From Pseudogymnoascus verrucosus (Eukaryota), in NCBI GenBank assembly GCA_001662655.1, contig KV460208.1: 64,000 nt of DNA, one strand, 5' to 3'. A program made the position numbers and the translations under genes. The notes beneath the pieces were generated by a model, which saw only the letters and a list, made by a program, of their open reading frames with translations, searched no databases and was not told the DNA's origin. The stretch's first letter is position 1. Each line of letters opens with the position of its first letter. Below are positions 60,716 through 64,000 of this stretch, one piece after another.

Positions 60716-61269
60716 TGGATCTCGGTAAGTAAACCGCTTGATGACACGGGGATCGCGACCAAGTTTATATCTGGCTGTTTTGTAGTACTGAAGGGCCTTG
60801 CAGCAACACTCAGCATTTCGTGTGATATTCAGCCTCTCGGCAACTAACCATAGTTTCCGCCAACCACAGGGGGAAGCAGCCATATAAAGCGGGTACGGGG
60901 ATTACCCCACACGTTTTCCCCGCAATCTAATTTGTGCCGAGGGTGACCACGGTAAACAGCTCTTACCAAGCCCGACTATATATCTGATTCTGGTTAAATG
61001 ATTCTGTTAGAATTGGCTCCTATCTGCGCGAGGCTGACATTTTAAGCACTAGTAGCTATTGACTTACTGTATCTACCTAGCTAATTGGTAGGAACCTTGG
61101 ATCCATATGCGTACGTGCATAGGACTATGCGAGTGCGGATATAAGAATACAACTGATCATCGCTAACTTCTCCCAACGTTGTTAACCCTCTATTCTACAT
61201 AAACGCCATTTTTCTGCCTTTGTATGCTATAGTCCGCTATTCGAATACCACCTAGCCCTCTTGCTCAAA

Positions 61270-63088
61270 ATGATTTACGAATCTGCATCCGCGTTGGCCC
61301 CAATCGAATCCCCATCGCTGCACGAATGGGTATTCGGGTCGGTATCTGACCCAATCCCCCACAAGGTCGCATTCCTTGATGCCACACGCCCTGATACCCA
61401 TTACCTGACGCTGGCATCGTGGAGGCAATGGTCAAAACGTGTAGCTGCTGGTCTGCAAAAGGCTGGCCTGCAACCAGGTGACCGCGTGCTGGTTTACTCC
61501 GGCAATGCGCTCTTCTACCCCGTTATATTCATGGGCATCATGATGGCCGGCGGTATATTTACAGGAGCGAACCCTACATATGTGGCCCGCGAGCTGGCGC
61601 ATCAATTGAAGGATTCACAGGCTCGGTTCATGGTGTCTTCTGGGGCGAGTTTGGAGGTGGCACTCGACGCCGCCGGAACTGCGGGGTTCAGCATAGATAA
61701 CATTTTTATATTTGACGACGAAATCTACCAGGGAGGAGGCGCATCTCGTCTTGGCGTGAAATATTGGGATGCGATCGTAGCGAGCAACTTGGAGGGTGCC
61801 CAGTTCCAGTGGGCGCATCCGAAGGAACCCAAGAATACGACCTGTGTCATCAACTACTCTTCCGGCACGACTGGGGTTGCAAAGGGCGTCGAGATCACAC
61901 ATTATAACTACATGGCCACTAGCACCCAGATGATCAGCCTCATGAAGGAAGATCCTGACTACGAGAAGAATTTAAAGGTTGCGAGAGGCCTCTGCATGCT
62001 ACCGTATGATCCCCAATCAAGTTTACAGACTGTATTCGACATATACTAATTACCTTGTAGTCTTTACCACGCATTTGGACAGGTGCTGTACAGCTCTATT
62101 GGGCCCAAGCGCGGAATTCCAATCTACATCATGCCCAAATTCGACTTCCTCGAGTTCCTGGGACACATCTCAACCCACCGCGTCACCGAGCTCCTGATCG
62201 TGCCGCCCGTCGTCACTGCTCTTGCCAAACACCCCGCGGCTAAGAAAGCAGACCTCAGCAGCGTCAATTACGTCTCCTGCGGCGGTGCGCCACTAAGCTC
62301 CTCTCTCGCCCGTGAGGCCGAGACCCTATGGGGTGGCAATCTGAACATCAAGGTGAGACGCTCGCGTGCAACTTACCTCTCCCATTAACAGACTAACAAC
62401 CCCATAGCAAGGTTATGGCATGACAGAAACCACGGTTATAGCCACGGGAATGAACCCTGCCTTGCTCTCTACCGACGCTTCCGTTGGCTCCCTCGTCTCC
62501 GGCCTCTCTGCCCGCCTCGTCGACCCTAAGACTGGCATCGACGTCCCCGTTCATCCCGATTCGACAGGTGAGATCTGGGTCCGCGGTCCCAACATCATGA
62601 AAGGCTACTGGCGCAACCCAACCGCCACGGCGGGCACGATGAGTGACGGGTGGCTAAAGACCGGTGATATGGCGAGGGTTGAGAATGGCCGCTGGTTTAT
62701 CGTTGATCGGTTGAAGGAGCTGATTAAGGTCAAGGGGTTCCAGGTTGCGCCGGCGGAGCTGGAGGGACTGATACTGGAGAACCCTAAGGTGGGCGATGTG
62801 GGTGTGGTGGGTGTTATTGTCCAGGGTGAAGAGTGCCCGAGGGCATATGTTGCGCTCAAGCCGGGGATGACAGCGACGAAGAGGGAGATCGCCGAGTTCG
62901 TCGAGAAGCAGACCACCAGGTATAAGTGGCTCACTGGAGGTGTCGTGTTTGTGGATGAAATACCTAAGAATCCGGTAAGTTTTGCGCTCGAGAATGATAG
63001 GTGGGACTGCATGCTAACGATTCCATAGTCCGGGAAGATCCTTAGAAAGGCTCTGCGGGACCTTGCGGCGAAAGATTCGAAGCTATAG
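61270..63088 (+). CDS. 4-coumarate/phenylacetate-CoA ligase-like acyl-CoA synthetase with peroxisomal PTS1
   Basis: Exons 61270-62003, 62061-62352, 62408-62974, 63029-63088. Motifs YSSGTTGVAKG, PLYHAFG, QGYGMTE, WLKTGD, DRLKELIKVKGFQVAPAELE, PKNPSGKILR; the protein ends in -SKL. Confidence 0.95.
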
Positions 63089-64000
63089 TATCATTGTGAG
63101 CACTGGTGCAGCATCATCATTTTTGGAAGGACCATTTTCAATCCATCTTAGCGTAAGCGTAGATATATATAGATATGTTGCCATATACCATCACACTATA
63201 TATATACACACGAATGGCTTCAGATCTTCCATAGATGGATTTCATATGCCTTCTTTGCTCTCGCACTGGTTTATACATTCCCATTCGTTGCGTATCACTT
63301 TCGCTTCCATGGCATGGAGGAGCATTTCTCTGGAAGTCTCATGTTCTATTGGGCTTGTTATCCAAGTATGGCTTACTTTTGCATCTCACAGTACAATCCG
63401 GCGAGCAACAACGGAAACAGCATGGATACGAAGAACATCACTGATTTAATACATAGAAACCTTGGTTATGAATTCTTCAAGATAACACATTTCCTTGATG
63501 TTGTTATATTCATGATAAAGTTCATCTGGCATTGCGGCAACGACACTGTCGAAGTGCCCAGCGATAAATTTATCCTACATTCTTGTAGATACTTATTTAA
63601 CTAGAGATGCTGCGCACGAGGCAGATCTAGCGAACATAACCCCAAAAAATCCAACGAGCATAGCAATCTTCAAAGAATCTGCCACATTAAATAATAAGCT
63701 TTGTATTTATGAAGAGGGGCGCGAGTCGACCATGTTGGGGGAGTAATGATATATTAGAGCCATTCAAGTTCTAACGGCTAATGCTATAGTGGTTCTAGAG
63801 TATCTATTGTGGAATTTATACGAGATAACGGGCACGGGGATGGACATAGTAGTGAGTAGTTTGATCTGATTTTCTAGTTGCAAATAATTAAATTATGTGC
63901 CATCCTATTCATTTAACCATACAAATATGCTCCATGCAGTGATATAGCAACACCAGGCAAACCGGTATTAGAGCCTATAGGCCCGACTAGCATTTGAAGT

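Noticed and set aside
63250..63750. Possible minus-strand exon (DKFIAGHFDSVVAAMPDELYHEY...)
   Set aside because: Short and isolated, with a weak donor and no consistent neighbouring exons.

Overview
Eukaryotic (filamentous ascomycete) genomic DNA. Genes carry short spliceosomal introns with CTAAC/CTGAC branch points; a Leotiomycete such as Pseudogymnoascus is my guess, not shown. About 20 protein genes or pseudogenes can be read: NTH1 glycosylase, an intronless secreted GH2 beta-glucuronidase, PalI/SUR7, group II G-alpha, Nit3, a WW-domain protein, a Kre1-like protein, a Zn2Cys6 TF + allantoate-type MFS + M14 deacylase trio, an AA7 oxidase, Mis13/Dsn1, Mbp1, NDUFB7, an F-box-like protein, an Egh16-like protein and a peroxisomal acyl-CoA ligase. 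I found no tRNA, rRNA, CRISPR array or intact transposase. Most notable: (1) a GC-AG intron of the deacylase that holds a fossil fragment of a PKS-NRPS adenylation domain; (2) a dispersed ~65-bp hairpin-forming repeat in two tandem arrays, whose head motif reappears in a palindrome; (3) about 10 copies of a fixed-spacing CCAA-N4-RCGGRG module upstream of the glucuronidase; (4) a perfect 40-bp-arm palindrome; (5) a 3.5-kb segment bounded by 48-bp direct repeats; (6) a strong C-rich 5' to G-rich 3' gradient inside many genes. Exon coordinates were read by hand.
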